From positions 1-31,661 of the IMG/VR virus record IMGVR_UViG_3300020042_005941: a stretch of 31,661 nt of DNA; one strand, given 5' to 3'. The notes below the pieces were generated by a model. That model ran no database searches, had not been told where the DNA came from, and saw nothing but the letters and a program-made list of their open reading frames with translations. This DNA is from a virus (taxonomy: Duplodnaviria; Caudoviricetes). The position numbers and the translations under genes are program-made. How positions within the stretch are numbered: position 1 is the stretch's first letter; every line of letters begins with the position of its first letter. Below, piece after piece: positions 15,650 through 25,270 of the stretch.

Positions 15650-15981
15650 TCTTGCGTATCCTCATGCCAAATCCAAATGCCGTCTTCAATCGGCTTCTGC
15701 ACCGGAGCAACCCAATCATGATTTTCGTCAAGCGCCCAAGAAGGGTACGGCTTAGGCGGGATAAAAACATCAGCTTCAACTAGGTAAGTGTCGCCAATTC
15801 CGGCGAACTTTTTTCTGATATTCCCGTGATATGAGGTTCTTTTACAAACTTGACCCCTGTAAGCGCCATAGTACGCTTCCCAATCGCTGACGCCGTTCAC
15901 TGTTTCCGTTTCATGCCGGCCAACAATAACTTCCGTCACTATGTTGCTTTGGTCTAAAAATGCGTAATGTGCCATTATCAA
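15637..15981 (-). CDS. Tail-fibre-associated hypothetical protein
   Basis: MAHYAFLD..NIVTEVIVG...RTSY..RKKFAGIG..FIPPKPYPSW..W..PV..P pattern that I recognise after glycine-rich fibre genes. Confidence 0.7.
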   Translation of the reverse strand: MIMAHYAFLDQSNIVTEVIVGRHETETVNGVSDWEAYYGAYRGQVCKRTSYHGNIRKKFAGIGDTYLVEADVFIPPKPYPSWALDENHDWVAPVQKPIEDGIWIWHEDTQEWTR

Positions 15982-16964
15982 AACTTTATGCTGTCGGTAC
16001 CGGCGGTGAAAGAATATACGCGATCTGTTCCCACTACCGCCGTAGTAAAGGTCAAACCGGAACCAACAAGCGACAAAGTGCCTAAGCTCGCCGGATACCT
16101 AATGATAACAATCCCTGAACCGCCGGCGTTGCCGGCATGCCCTGAACCGTAAGCGTTTGGGCCACCGCCGCCGCCCCCAGTGTTAGCCGTACCGCCGACA
16201 CCTTGACTGTCGCGCCCTGTACCGCCGGCACCGCCACCGCCTAGCGACGAAGTATCCACGCCGCCCGACGGGGTGTTGTTTGCACCGCCACCGCCGCCCG
16301 CATAGTAGGTTGATGTGCCGGTTATATCGTTCTGTAAACCCGTTCCACCGTATTGACGACCAATACCTTCTGAACCACCTGCGTTGCTTGCACCGCCACC
16401 GCCGCCTGAATAAGTTGAGACATACAGATAACCGCCCCAACCCTGCGCTGTCGTTCCAGCACCGTATGACTGAGCGCCGACATTGGCTGCACCGCCGCCG
16501 GCGCCGCCGGTTTTTCCGCCGTCTGTGCTACTGGTTGCACCGTATCCGCCGCCACCGCCGCCTGTTGAGCTAATGGTGCTAAACACCGAAGCGTTGCCGT
16601 TACTACCGCTAGCGCTACTTCCGCCAGCACCGCCGCCGCCGACAGTAACAGTGACCGCCGAACCGCGAACAATCAACAATTTATCTTCCGCCGAAGTGTT
16701 ACGGCCGCTAGTAGCTCCGGCGCGCGAAGTACGCAAGCCGCCCGCACCGCCACCGCCGCCGGACAAATAACTGTTCACCGCTGCACCGGAACCGGCACCG
16801 CCCGCCACGACAAGATATTCAACAATGAAGTTTCCGCCGGCCGTCGGAGTTAGCCCTGACCAATATGTATCGGCCTGTTGCGTGTTTCCGCGACGGCCGC
16901 GCGGGTCTAAAGCATTACCCGCGACGGAACGCCCGCCACGCATATTGCGGCTAAAACTTGGCAC
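15978..16964 (-). CDS. Glycine-rich tail fibre/minor tail protein
   Basis: VEYLVVAGG..GGGGAGG, YYAGGGGG, GTANTGGGGG and GGSGIVIIRY glycine-rich domain. Confidence 0.8.
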   Translation of the reverse strand: MPSFSRNMRGGRSVAGNALDPRGRRGNTQQADTYWSGLTPTAGGNFIVEYLVVAGGAGSGAAVNSYLSGGGGGAGGLRTSRAGATSGRNTSAEDKLLIVRGSAVTVTVGGGGAGGSSASGSNGNASVFSTISSTGGGGGGYGATSSTDGGKTGGAGGGAANVGAQSYGAGTTAQGWGGYLYVSTYSGGGGGASNAGGSEGIGRQYGGTGLQNDITGTSTYYAGGGGGANNTPSGGVDTSSLGGGGAGGTGRDSQGVGGTANTGGGGGGPNAYGSGHAGNAGGSGIVIIRYPASLGTLSLVGSGLTFTTAVVGTDRVYSFTAGTDSIKF

Positions 16965-16966
16965 GA

Positions 16967-17578
16967 TTAGGCGGCGATACGGTTCACATATCCGTGCAGA
17001 ATAACCGTGTTAGCTACATCGGCATAAGCACGAACAATCAACGCCGTCGCGTTACCCTTTAGCAACAAACCGGAAGCAATCAAATACAAGCCATTTTGGT
17101 TAGTAAGCGTGTAAGTAATGTCGTCGTCAACCGAAGTTACGCCGCCCCATTGCACGGTAAGACGAACCGCCTGTGAAGCTGCCGTAGCTGCTACATAAAC
17201 GGAGCCGCTGGAAGCAACTGAGGTCACATTGGTTGCGGTTCTAGCGTAAGTAAAAGTTGTCGTTGAAGGAACCGTCGTGATAGTCCATGTTCCGTTGAAG
17301 GTTGTATCTACACCGGTGATTTTGACGGTATCGCCTACGAATAAGCCGTGAGTGGCGGAAGTTGTAATTGTCGCGACATTGGAAGTCAAAGCTTTGTTGC
17401 TTACGGTTAGCCCCGTGTTGAAAGGGTTATTTAGTTGGGCGTACAACCATATTTCGTCAAGCGTTGAAGTGGTAGTTGTAGCGGTATGGATTACCGTTCC
17501 GCTTGAAGCGGTAGCCGCCACTTTGATACCCCTACCGTCGGTGGAGCCGCTGAGTAATTGTTTGCTAAATGTTGCCAT
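16967..17578 (-). CDS. Minor tail protein with inserted beta module
   Basis: MATFSKQLLSGSTDG..DEIWLYA...HGYVNRI frame interrupted by ATITTSATHGLFVGDTVKITGV..FNGTWTI. Confidence 0.65.
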   Translation of the reverse strand: MATFSKQLLSGSTDGRGIKVAATASSGTVIHTATTTTSTLDEIWLYAQLNNPFNTGLTVSNKALTSNVATITTSATHGLFVGDTVKITGVDTTFNGTWTITTVPSTTTFTYARTATNVTSVASSGSVYVAATAASQAVRLTVQWGGVTSVDDDITYTLTNQNGLYLIASGLLLKGNATALIVRAYADVANTVILHGYVNRIAA

Positions 17579-17590
17579 AAGTGTCTTCCT

Positions 17591-18013
17591 TTATCCGAAA
17601 ATCTGTGAAGCTAACAAGGATTGATCGTCTTCCGCGTCGGCAGCATACTGAACCAACCAAGTGTCCGTGCCGGTCTTGATAAGAACAATAACGCCGTATT
17701 GAGGCATGTTCAGGTCTGTATCGGAGTGGCCGACGGTTACGCCGCCGGCACCGGCGACAGTTACCGTTCCGGCACCTAAGTTGAGAAGCATAATTTTGAC
17801 GCCGGTAGCGAACGCGACGGAAGCATTGAGAGGAATAGTGACGGTGACGGCAGAAGCATTGGAAAGGGTCACTTGTTTTCCGGCGTCTGTAAGCACCAGC
17901 GTGTATGTAGTTCCGGTCTGCGCGTTTACATCGTCTGACCACACGCTTGCTTGAAGCGTCGTCATCTGAGCTGCCGTGAGGGTCTGCCCGCTAGTAAAGG
18001 TTTGGCGTGCCAT
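17591..18013 (-). CDS. Minor tail/fibre protein
   Basis: FTSGQTLTAAQM anchor, NAQTGTTYTLVLTDAGK, GAGTVTV beta module. Confidence 0.7.
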   Translation of the reverse strand: MARQTFTSGQTLTAAQMTTLQASVWSDDVNAQTGTTYTLVLTDAGKQVTLSNASAVTVTIPLNASVAFATGVKIMLLNLGAGTVTVAGAGGVTVGHSDTDLNMPQYGVIVLIKTGTDTWLVQYAADAEDDQSLLASQIFG

Positions 18014-18027
18014 AGGTTCCTACTTTA

Positions 18028-19281
18028 TCATGTTAGCGCGTTCGTGCTATCCAACACGCCGTAAATAGCGTCATTGAGTAGGAACGGATAGATCAAATCA
18101 ACTACGGCTAGCGAGAACTCCACCAAATGCCCGTTTGGGGTGATGTTATGGCTTATTCTTTCTATGTTGAAAACTAAGGTCGCGCTGGCGGGGGTTCCGG
18201 TGCTATAGGTTCGCTTGATAGATACCTGTTCGCCTATCTCTAGGCCGGCGATCGTTACGCGCTGCGGCGCCGTTAGCTTCTCCATTTGTACTTGGAGAAG
18301 GTCAAACCTGTATTCAGGGTAGGCGTAGCGATCTACAAGAGTAGAAGCCAACGAAGCTGCCGCCGCGTCGGTTTCTAACAATAAGCCGTCTAAAGCTAGC
18401 GTTGATACACCGTATTCCGTTTGGCTTGCCGTACTGTTCGCCACTTGCGGCGTGCTGCCGGAATTAGTTACCGACACTTTGTTGTATAGAAGTTCTTGGC
18501 CGTAGATAACCGACAAGGCCTTGTACGGGATATTCGTACCGTCGTCAGCGAAGTAGGCTTGTATGCTGGCGAAAGCTGCGGCCGCGCGATCGGTAAAGGT
18601 CAATGTACCGTTGCCGGCAATAAAACAGAAACCTTGTTCCGCTGTCGCGATCTGTTGCAGATAAGACAGGGCATTGGTATTGGCGTCAATCGGGTAGGCG
18701 CCTAGCGAAGCTATGCCGGCGCTAATGCTCCTAGTAGTGGGGTAGTCAATTTCCGGCAAGTCAAGGAAGTACGAAAGACGGGCACCGGAAGCCTCAACAG
18801 CCGGTGTACGCGCTTCGGTAGTTACGGCAGAAGCCAACAACACGAAATCGTCGGCCGCCGAAATAGTCACGAAAGACAGGTTGTATTCGTATTGAATATC
18901 TATGTCCGTAATTCGGCCTACAAAAATAGTGTCGCTACCGGATTTGATAGTCACTTTTCGTCGTGGCGTCACTCCCGATTTGGAAGTTGTTGTATCCCAA
19001 TACGGCGAAGAAGCGTTGATCGGGTCAAACCGGCGGTCATTATTTACAAGCTCAATCGTCGCGGTGCCGGCAGAAAAGTTTTGGAGCTGATCGGAGCGCC
19101 CGCGATTTATAGACAAGCTACGGATATAACCGGATACATCATCGCCTTCCAGCGTGCCGTCCAATAATCCGGTGCCGTCAAGCACGCCTAAAGTGGCGCT
19201 ATCAAGCGTGAATTTCCTTACTAAGAAACCCACTTCCATGAGAACCGCGATTTGTTCTCCCCAAGGTAAGGTTGTAGCCAT
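18028..19281 (-). CDS. Minor tail (tail tip/hub) protein
   Basis: Follows the tape measure; SINRGRS..AGTATIELVNNDRRFDP motif of actinophage minor tail proteins. Confidence 0.75.
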   Translation of the reverse strand: MATTLPWGEQIAVLMEVGFLVRKFTLDSATLGVLDGTGLLDGTLEGDDVSGYIRSLSINRGRSDQLQNFSAGTATIELVNNDRRFDPINASSPYWDTTTSKSGVTPRRKVTIKSGSDTIFVGRITDIDIQYEYNLSFVTISAADDFVLLASAVTTEARTPAVEASGARLSYFLDLPEIDYPTTRSISAGIASLGAYPIDANTNALSYLQQIATAEQGFCFIAGNGTLTFTDRAAAAFASIQAYFADDGTNIPYKALSVIYGQELLYNKVSVTNSGSTPQVANSTASQTEYGVSTLALDGLLLETDAAAASLASTLVDRYAYPEYRFDLLQVQMEKLTAPQRVTIAGLEIGEQVSIKRTYSTGTPASATLVFNIERISHNITPNGHLVEFSLAVVDLIYPFLLNDAIYGVLDSTNALT

Positions 19282-21953
19282 TAGGCAACCGCCGCCACCG
19301 TCAAGGGTAGGAAGCCGTTACGCCGTTCATATTTTTTGAGCACATCAACGATCTGCTGTGCCACTTGGCTTCCGTCGGTACCCATGCCCGCTTGTACCGT
19401 TACATAAACATTAGTGTTTCCGCCGCTACCCATAGCGCCTAGCTGCGACAACGGAATTACAGCCTCAGCTCCGGCCTCGCCGATCAAACTCAATGTCGGT
19501 TTCGTAACAATGCCGCCCGCAGCCATAGCCGGAATAGTTAGTTGGCTAGTGATTTTGGCTGCCGCTTTGGCGGCTTTAGCGATAACGGCCGGCGGGGTTT
19601 CTTTGCGTACCTTCGCCAACTCTATTTCGGCGGCGATCAGCTTTTCAATGGCGTCGCGTTCGCGGTCAATCGCTTCTTTCACCTTGTCGTGCGCTTCGGC
19701 TTCTTTTTGTTTAGCTTCGTTCAATGCTTCTAACGCTTCGCGGTAAGCGTCTGACCCTTCCTTAGCTCCATACACAATTTGGGTGTATAAGGTTTCGGCT
19801 TCACTTAGTGCTGCCGTCGCGTCTGTTTGTGCGATCGTGGCGTCATTTAGTTCCAAGCGCGCGTCCACGACAGCCCGTTCAGCTGCCTCAATTTCGGCCT
19901 GCGTAGGTGTATCCGTCTGTAGTTTCTTTAGTCCGGCTTCCGCTTCGGTTACGGCAAGGGTCGCGTCACGCAGCGCAAACTTGGTTTGAGCCAACTTGAT
20001 TTCAGCTTCGCGGATAGCTTGCGGCGAACTTTCAGGGTCAAGCCGTATAGCTGCCAATTCCTTTTCGGCGTCGCTAACAGCGAAAGTGGCTTCTTCAACA
20101 TCAAATTGCGATTTGGTTACACCGATTTGTGCTGTCTCTAGCGTTACCGGATTGACGGCCTCACGAAGCTTCGCTAGCGCGTCTTCCGCTTCCTTCACTC
20201 CGCGCAAGCTATTTTCAACGCTCCTATTAGCTTTGACTAGGCCGCGTTGAGCGTCGGCAACGGCACGCGCCTGTTTGACGGCTTCCTTGCTATCTATGCC
20301 GTAGCCGCGTGTTATTTGATTGAATAAAGCTTGGGCTTTCGTTGTTGCTTCAATAGCTTTCTTGTAGTCGGCGTCAGCTGCCAAAACAGCCTTAGACGAA
20401 TTGGCGCGATCTTTTTGGGCGCTAGTTGCTCCCTTTAGCGCGTCTGTATATACCTTCAATTTGTCTATCGCTTGCGTAACTCCGCCGCCGCCGCCACCAC
20501 CGCCGCCGCCGCCACCACCGCCACCGCCGGCGGCAAGCCCGTCAGCGTTCGTGGACGCGCGATCTTCGTTCTTCATTCTGCGTATAGCTTCTTGGGTTTT
20601 ACCAATCGCCGATGTTGCTTTATCTGCGCCAAGCGAAAGCTTGCTGAAACCCATATAGCCAAGTTCGCCAATTTCGCTTATCCCCGCGCCAAAAAAGTTC
20701 GCGGCCTTTATCAGAAGGTTGATGCCCTTGATTGCGACATTTATGAAAGTAACAAAATAGTTGTAAACGCCGGCAATAGCGTTCATCACGACAAACTTCA
20801 ATAACTCTCCCAAGATCGCCACTACTTTGCGAACCGACTCAAAACGAATATAAAGCGCAATAAGCCCGATCACTACCGCCGCGATAGCTGCGGCCACTAA
20901 GCCAATTCCCGTAGCGTTCCAAGCAACGCCGAAAACGATAACCGCTATGTTGGCGATCGCTTGGGCAACGGTGAAAGCAATCGTGGCCACTTTTAGCGCC
21001 AAGAAAGCTGCCGCGATCGTGAAAATAATGTTGCCCAATTTGCCCATGTTGCCGATAGCGCCCAAAATCTCACCGCCCAAATACTTGAACGCTGCGCCAG
21101 CTCCTTCTTCGCCAATAATCGCGCCGAAGTTTTTGAGTACCGGCATGATTGTGTCGTTTAGAAACCCAAGCAAGGCCTTGAACGCCGGAAGAAGTGCCGT
21201 TCCAATAGCGGCCTGCACATCTTTGAACTGTGCCGCGAGAATACGCTGTTGGTTAGCTACTCCGTCGGAAGTTCGCCCAAAATCTCCCTGCGCTAAAGCG
21301 CTGTCTTTCATGATAAGCGCATAAGCGGCCTGTGACTTCGCGTTCGCGTCTAGGTTCCCCTTGCCGTTATACAGCCCCAAGCTGAAAGCTTCTTCTTTTA
21401 GTCGCGCGTCATTTATCGCCACACCAAACTTCTTCAACGGTTCCGTTTCGCCGGATAAGCCGGAACGAAGCGCCAACAAAGCGTCATCAACGGAAGTGTT
21501 ATTGAACGAAGCAAGGTCGGAAGCCAAAGCAACCAAATTGAGCGACATTTCTTGTGCTGCACCTTGACCGACGCCGAACGCCTGAAACAAGTTGCCGTAA
21601 GTGCCCGCAGCTTCTAAAGCCTGTGTCTTGCTAAGGCCTAACGAAGTGGCCGCCTGATTAGCGAAATCAACAACTTTCTTAGAACTATCACCGAAAACGA
21701 CATTGACTTTGCTCATGCTTTCTTCCAAAGAAGAAGCGGCGTTGATTAGCGGTCGGCCGATAACTCCGGCAGCAAGCGCGGCACCGCCGGCGAACTTCGC
21801 CAAACCCTTCGCAAAGTTGGTGGCAGCTTTGTCCACCGTTCGCAGCGCGTAAGCGCTTTTGTCCGTTGCTCCTTGAAGCTTCCTGAAATCGCCAATAGCC
21901 TTTTGGATACCTTTGCTATCAAAGCTTGAAACAATGTTTACGCCTAATGCCAT
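19281..21953 (-). CDS. Tape measure protein
   Basis: 890 aa, Ala-rich; LASDLASFNN..ALRSGLSGETEPLKKFG, hydrophobic middle, coiled coils, MAAGGIVTKPT..GEAGAEAVIPL. Confidence 0.92.
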   Translation of the reverse strand: MALGVNIVSSFDSKGIQKAIGDFRKLQGATDKSAYALRTVDKAATNFAKGLAKFAGGAALAAGVIGRPLINAASSLEESMSKVNVVFGDSSKKVVDFANQAATSLGLSKTQALEAAGTYGNLFQAFGVGQGAAQEMSLNLVALASDLASFNNTSVDDALLALRSGLSGETEPLKKFGVAINDARLKEEAFSLGLYNGKGNLDANAKSQAAYALIMKDSALAQGDFGRTSDGVANQQRILAAQFKDVQAAIGTALLPAFKALLGFLNDTIMPVLKNFGAIIGEEGAGAAFKYLGGEILGAIGNMGKLGNIIFTIAAAFLALKVATIAFTVAQAIANIAVIVFGVAWNATGIGLVAAAIAAVVIGLIALYIRFESVRKVVAILGELLKFVVMNAIAGVYNYFVTFINVAIKGINLLIKAANFFGAGISEIGELGYMGFSKLSLGADKATSAIGKTQEAIRRMKNEDRASTNADGLAAGGGGGGGGGGGGGGGGVTQAIDKLKVYTDALKGATSAQKDRANSSKAVLAADADYKKAIEATTKAQALFNQITRGYGIDSKEAVKQARAVADAQRGLVKANRSVENSLRGVKEAEDALAKLREAVNPVTLETAQIGVTKSQFDVEEATFAVSDAEKELAAIRLDPESSPQAIREAEIKLAQTKFALRDATLAVTEAEAGLKKLQTDTPTQAEIEAAERAVVDARLELNDATIAQTDATAALSEAETLYTQIVYGAKEGSDAYREALEALNEAKQKEAEAHDKVKEAIDRERDAIEKLIAAEIELAKVRKETPPAVIAKAAKAAAKITSQLTIPAMAAGGIVTKPTLSLIGEAGAEAVIPLSQLGAMGSGGNTNVYVTVQAGMGTDGSQVAQQIVDVLKKYERRNGFLPLTVAAVA

Positions 21954-21961
21954 GATGTTGC

Positions 21962-22507
21962 CTAACTGTTGATAGCTTTCGCGAAATAGCGGTTCACTTG
22001 GTCTAATACAACTTTCAGCTGTAGCTGAACAGCCGGTAATGCGCCTTGTGTCGCAGGGAATAATACACGCGAACGGTAAGCGCCCACCTGACTACTTCCT
22101 TTGATCTCCCCGTAGGTGTCTAGGTTCTTTACGAACCGGTTGGAACTCTTGGAGCCGGCACTATCAAAAACGGCTCCGCCGGCGTCTTTCTGCTCCAAGC
22201 GTAAGATCGGGTGAACACCGGCTTTCTTCTTACCGGCAGATTGAGCCGGCTTTACACTCTTGACCGCTGCGGCCTGCGAATACTTAGGGAACCCCGATTT
22301 GTTGCGCGCCGTGCCGTTATAGCGGCCGGTTCCCTTCCACCTAGTCATAGCCTTAGACGGGAACCCCTGCCCTACCTTGACGGCGATAGGCGTGGCGATA
22401 GTTTTCAGGTCGCGCTGGATAGTTTTGTAGGCTTCCTTTTCGTAGCTTTTCATGTAGCGCAAAGTTTCCGAAAGCCCATGAAGCTTGATATCGGTTGTTT
22501 GGCTCAT
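21962..22507 (-). CDS. Putative neck/tail completion protein (HK97 gp10-like)
   Basis: IKLHGLSETLRYMK N-terminus; basic; lies between the chaperone and tape measure. Confidence 0.5.
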   Translation of the reverse strand: MSQTTDIKLHGLSETLRYMKSYEKEAYKTIQRDLKTIATPIAVKVGQGFPSKAMTRWKGTGRYNGTARNKSGFPKYSQAAAVKSVKPAQSAGKKKAGVHPILRLEQKDAGGAVFDSAGSKSSNRFVKNLDTYGEIKGSSQVGAYRSRVLFPATQGALPAVQLQLKVVLDQVNRYFAKAINS

Positions 22508-22516
22508 GAAGCTATA

Positions 22517-22926
22517 TTAGCGGCGCGGTAGGTTCGCTTGTTTAGCGCGTGCGCGAAGATACACAAACATTTCGTCAATCATTAGATCGTCTTCCGCAAG
22601 TAGCACGCTAGGCGCTATTCCGGTTTCACACGCTAGCGCAGCTATTTGGCTGTGGGCGCTTCGCTGTCCAAAGGGTTTTCACCTTGCTCCTCAACCGGCA
22701 TAACGGAAACAACCGTCAATAGCCAATCGTCAAAAGTCAAAGGTGTGCGCTTCTGCCGTGCTTCCGATTTCCAACCAAGCCAAGCCAAATCCGTCAAGCG
22801 CATTTCCTGCTCAAACTTGACGACAGATCGCTGCCACTGGCGCTCAAAAGCCACGAAATCAGCGAACATCGCCTCAGTCTTGGATTTATCTCCGTTGATG
22901 AATTCAATCTCTAAACTGATTTTCAT
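22517..22926 (-). CDS. Tail assembly chaperone with -1 frameshift extension (short form 22642-22926)
   Basis: Slippery C CCT TTG at 22675-22669; the -1 frame reads ..FGQRSAHSQIAALACETGIAPSVLLAEDDLMIDEMFVYLRARAKQANLPRR* to TAA 22517. Confidence 0.8.
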
Positions 22927-22955
22927 ATCAGTTCCCTTCTTCTAGTTGGTTGAAA

Positions 22956-23363
22956 TTAGACTACGGCTTTGACGATCGTTCCGCCCGTAAAGGTCAAGCT
23001 TGTTTTCGCCAAATCGCCTACAGCGCCGGATACTGGTGTATGTGCGGCTAGGAAAGCATTTGAGATTGTATAGCTTGGGTTGGTTGCTGAGGTAGTCGCG
23101 CCGGCAGGCTTGATGATTACGGTTGTAGTTGTTCCAACTAGCGGATAGATCGTGGCTTCCACATTTGAGGTAGCGAAATCTTGGTTGAACTCTACATCGC
23201 AGCTGTTGTTCTGTAGGCCGCCGGTGAAGATATGCCCGCCGGAACCGAAAGCGGTCGTTTCAACGCTGTCCACTTCGTAGTTGAGGGTCACGGAAGCTCC
23301 GTGATCGGAAAGAACAACGCTGTTGATTGAAATGTAAGCGTTTGTAAGTGCTAAAACGGCCAT
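22956..23363 (-). CDS. Major tail (tube) protein, paralog 2
   Basis: ETTAFG..GGLQN..NQDFA..SATNPSYT..SGAVGDLA motifs; precedes the chaperone. Confidence 0.8.
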   Translation of the reverse strand: MAVLALTNAYISINSVVLSDHGASVTLNYEVDSVETTAFGSGGHIFTGGLQNNSCDVEFNQDFATSNVEATIYPLVGTTTTVIIKPAGATTSATNPSYTISNAFLAAHTPVSGAVGDLAKTSLTFTGGTIVKAVV

Positions 23364-23379
23364 GAGGTTCTACTTTCTG

Positions 23380-23787
23380 TTATGCGGTGGTCTTGGCGAC
23401 GGAGCCGCCTTGAAATGAAAGACTGGTTTTGGCTAGGTCGCCTACAGCTCCTGAAATTGGCGTATGTGCTGCCAAGAAGGTGTTTGAAACGGTGTAGCGC
23501 GGGTTGGTTGTAGATACGGTCGTGTTTACCGGAATAACAATGATCGTTGTAGTAGTTCCAACTAGCGGATAGATCGTGGCTTCTGTTTTAGTTGCTGCGA
23601 AATCTTGGTTCATTTCTACATCAACGGTCACATTTTGTAGGCCGCCTGTGAACTTATGGCCGGTGTCGCCAAATGCCGTTACTTCAACGCTGTCAATTTC
23701 ATAGTTGATAGTGCACGAAGTACAAAGCGCGCTTACATCGGTACCGCCAATGGAAATGCTTGGGTTGGTGAGAACTAAAACGGCCAT
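23380..23787 (-). CDS. Major tail (tube) protein, paralog 1
   Basis: Same motifs and same 135 aa length as its neighbour; 88/135 identical by hand alignment. Confidence 0.8.
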   Translation of the reverse strand: MAVLVLTNPSISIGGTDVSALCTSCTINYEIDSVEVTAFGDTGHKFTGGLQNVTVDVEMNQDFAATKTEATIYPLVGTTTTIIVIPVNTTVSTTNPRYTVSNTFLAAHTPISGAVGDLAKTSLSFQGGSVAKTTA

Positions 23788-23790
23788 AAT

Positions 23791-23964
23791 TTACTTGTCC
23801 TTTGGTGCTTCGTCGTTGCTTTTAGCTTTAGCGCTACCGATCATAGCCAAATGGCCGCCGTCAATCAACGCTTCAATATTCAAGCCTTCCAATGCCGTTT
23901 CTTCAACGGTATCGCCGCGATCTGCTCCGGCGAAGTTGTCGCTCAACACTTTATATTGTGCCAT
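23791..23964 (-). CDS. Small virion-module protein, 57 aa (not in ORF track)
   Basis: MAQYKVLSDNFAGADRGDTVEETALEGLNIEALIDGGHLA...; AAGGAAAG RBS. Confidence 0.75.
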   Translation of the reverse strand: MAQYKVLSDNFAGADRGDTVEETALEGLNIEALIDGGHLAMIGSAKAKSNDEAPKDK

Positions 23965-23974
23965 GTTCTTTCCT

Positions 23975-24382
23975 TTACCCGTGAACCGTAACGATTACCT
24001 GAATAGTCAAGTAATCCGCGCCGGCCTCGCTTAGCGAACTTATGTTATAGCCCGATGTTACTACCAAGTTGGAACAAACTCCACCAAGCGTTGGGTCGGT
24101 TTCTAAAGCGGCACGAAGCGAAGAAGCGCCGGAATAGCTTAGGTATCCGTCAAGCGCAGCGTGAGCGCGGCTATCCGTGTAACGGCCAACAATTAGGTTG
24201 ATACTCCACTCCATTTGCACATTGCCGCCGCCAAACGCTTTGTGGTAGTTGATTTGGGTCAATACCGGATACGCCGTCGGCGGGTTTAGCTGCTCCGGCT
24301 GATAGCTAAAAGCCCTCACGCCGGTAATCGTCGCCAACTTCGTCTTTAGTCCGTCGGCAACAGCCGAAACAGTCGCGGCCAT
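23975..24382 (-). CDS. Tail terminator/head-tail joining protein
   Basis: Position; GLKTKLATITG..NPP..SLRAALETDPTLGG pattern. Confidence 0.65.
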   Translation of the reverse strand: MAATVSAVADGLKTKLATITGVRAFSYQPEQLNPPTAYPVLTQINYHKAFGGGNVQMEWSINLIVGRYTDSRAHAALDGYLSYSGASSLRAALETDPTLGGVCSNLVVTSGYNISSLSEAGADYLTIQVIVTVHG

Positions 24383-24975
24383 TACGCCATGCCCTTTATA
24401 CGATAAGGGTTCAGGAAATCGCGCACATCGGGATCAACGGCGCGAACCTGTAAAGCCATATCAGCGAAACCTACAACGCCCAATGCCGCGTTCAAGCGTG
24501 CGAACCCGCGCGAAGATAACAACACGCAAGCTTCACGAATATCGTCAGGCACCGAAGGCCAACCCCATACCCCGTTGATCTGCACCGACGGCAACGGCGG
24601 CAAAGAATACAGCGGGAAAGTTTTGACGCCGATAGCAACAATTCGGTTGTAAGGCCTTGTTTGTATGCCGGCGTCTAACGGTTGTAGTTGATAGTCGGTG
24701 TTTGCCGTCCAAGTAGTCGCGAAGGTTTGGTCACCGGTTGTATCGGTCTTTAGCGTCGTTATAGAAACAAGGTCACGGACAGGGCACAGGTATTCATTGC
24801 GCGCGTAAAGCTTGATTGTATTGGTCGTCTGATAGAAGAAGCGGCCGGTGTAGCCGTCAATACGGCGCGAAGCTCCCTCAATAGCGTTCTCCAACAAGCT
24901 GTCTTCGGCGTTGTCGGTAATTCGTAAGCCGGCTTTGAGTTCCGCCAGCGTACAATAGCCGTTTGTAATCGCCAC
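24382..24975 (-). CDS. Head-tail connector (gp6/gp15-like)
   Basis: GYCTLAELK..L..D..LENAIEGASRRIDGYTGR..WGWPSVPDDIREA. Confidence 0.85.
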   Translation of the reverse strand: MAITNGYCTLAELKAGLRITDNAEDSLLENAIEGASRRIDGYTGRFFYQTTNTIKLYARNEYLCPVRDLVSITTLKTDTTGDQTFATTWTANTDYQLQPLDAGIQTRPYNRIVAIGVKTFPLYSLPPLPSVQINGVWGWPSVPDDIREACVLLSSRGFARLNAALGVVGFADMALQVRAVDPDVRDFLNPYRIKGMA

Positions 24976-24977
24976 GA

Positions 24978-25193
24978 TTAGCTCCGCTTCTTAGCGCGCT
25001 TGACTATCGCTTTCTCACTATCCGGTTCAATAGCTGCGGCTTCAATCGGCGCGGCCTTTGCCGGCGGGGAAAGATATTTATGTTCAAAGCCAACTTCGCG
25101 CAAGGCTTCGTCAATAGCTTCTATGCGCTTAGGCAGCTTGCGCCTCACATAGCCTTCGCGTTCCGCTAATAGCGCTTCAATGTATGGGGTCAT
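24978..25193 (-). CDS. Hypothetical protein
   Basis: 71 aa, AGGAG RBS, follows the capsid gene. Confidence 0.7.
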   Translation of the reverse strand: MTPYIEALLAEREGYVRRKLPKRIEAIDEALREVGFEHKYLSPPAKAAPIEAAAIEPDSEKAIVKRAKKRS

Positions 25194-25203
25194 AGTTGCT
25201 CCT

Positions 25204-25240
25204 AATAAAAGAATAGGCGGCGGCTTGCGCCGCCGCCCAC
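25204..25240 (-). terminator. Intrinsic terminator after major capsid gene
   Basis: ggcggcggc-GCAA-gccgccgcc then tattctttt. Confidence 0.8.
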
Positions 25241-25270
25241 TCTACTCTATCCAGCCCGATCAGTAGCTAG

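Noticed and set aside
17565-17942. Alternative-frame minus-strand ORFs (also 7537..7863, 16183..16440, 16322..16672)
   Set aside because: They are out-of-frame overlaps of better-supported genes, with compositions explained by the codon bias of the real frame.
22956-23787. Paralog pair as a DGR template/variable repeat
   Set aside because: No reverse transcriptase is present, both copies are intact genes, and differences are not confined to adenines.
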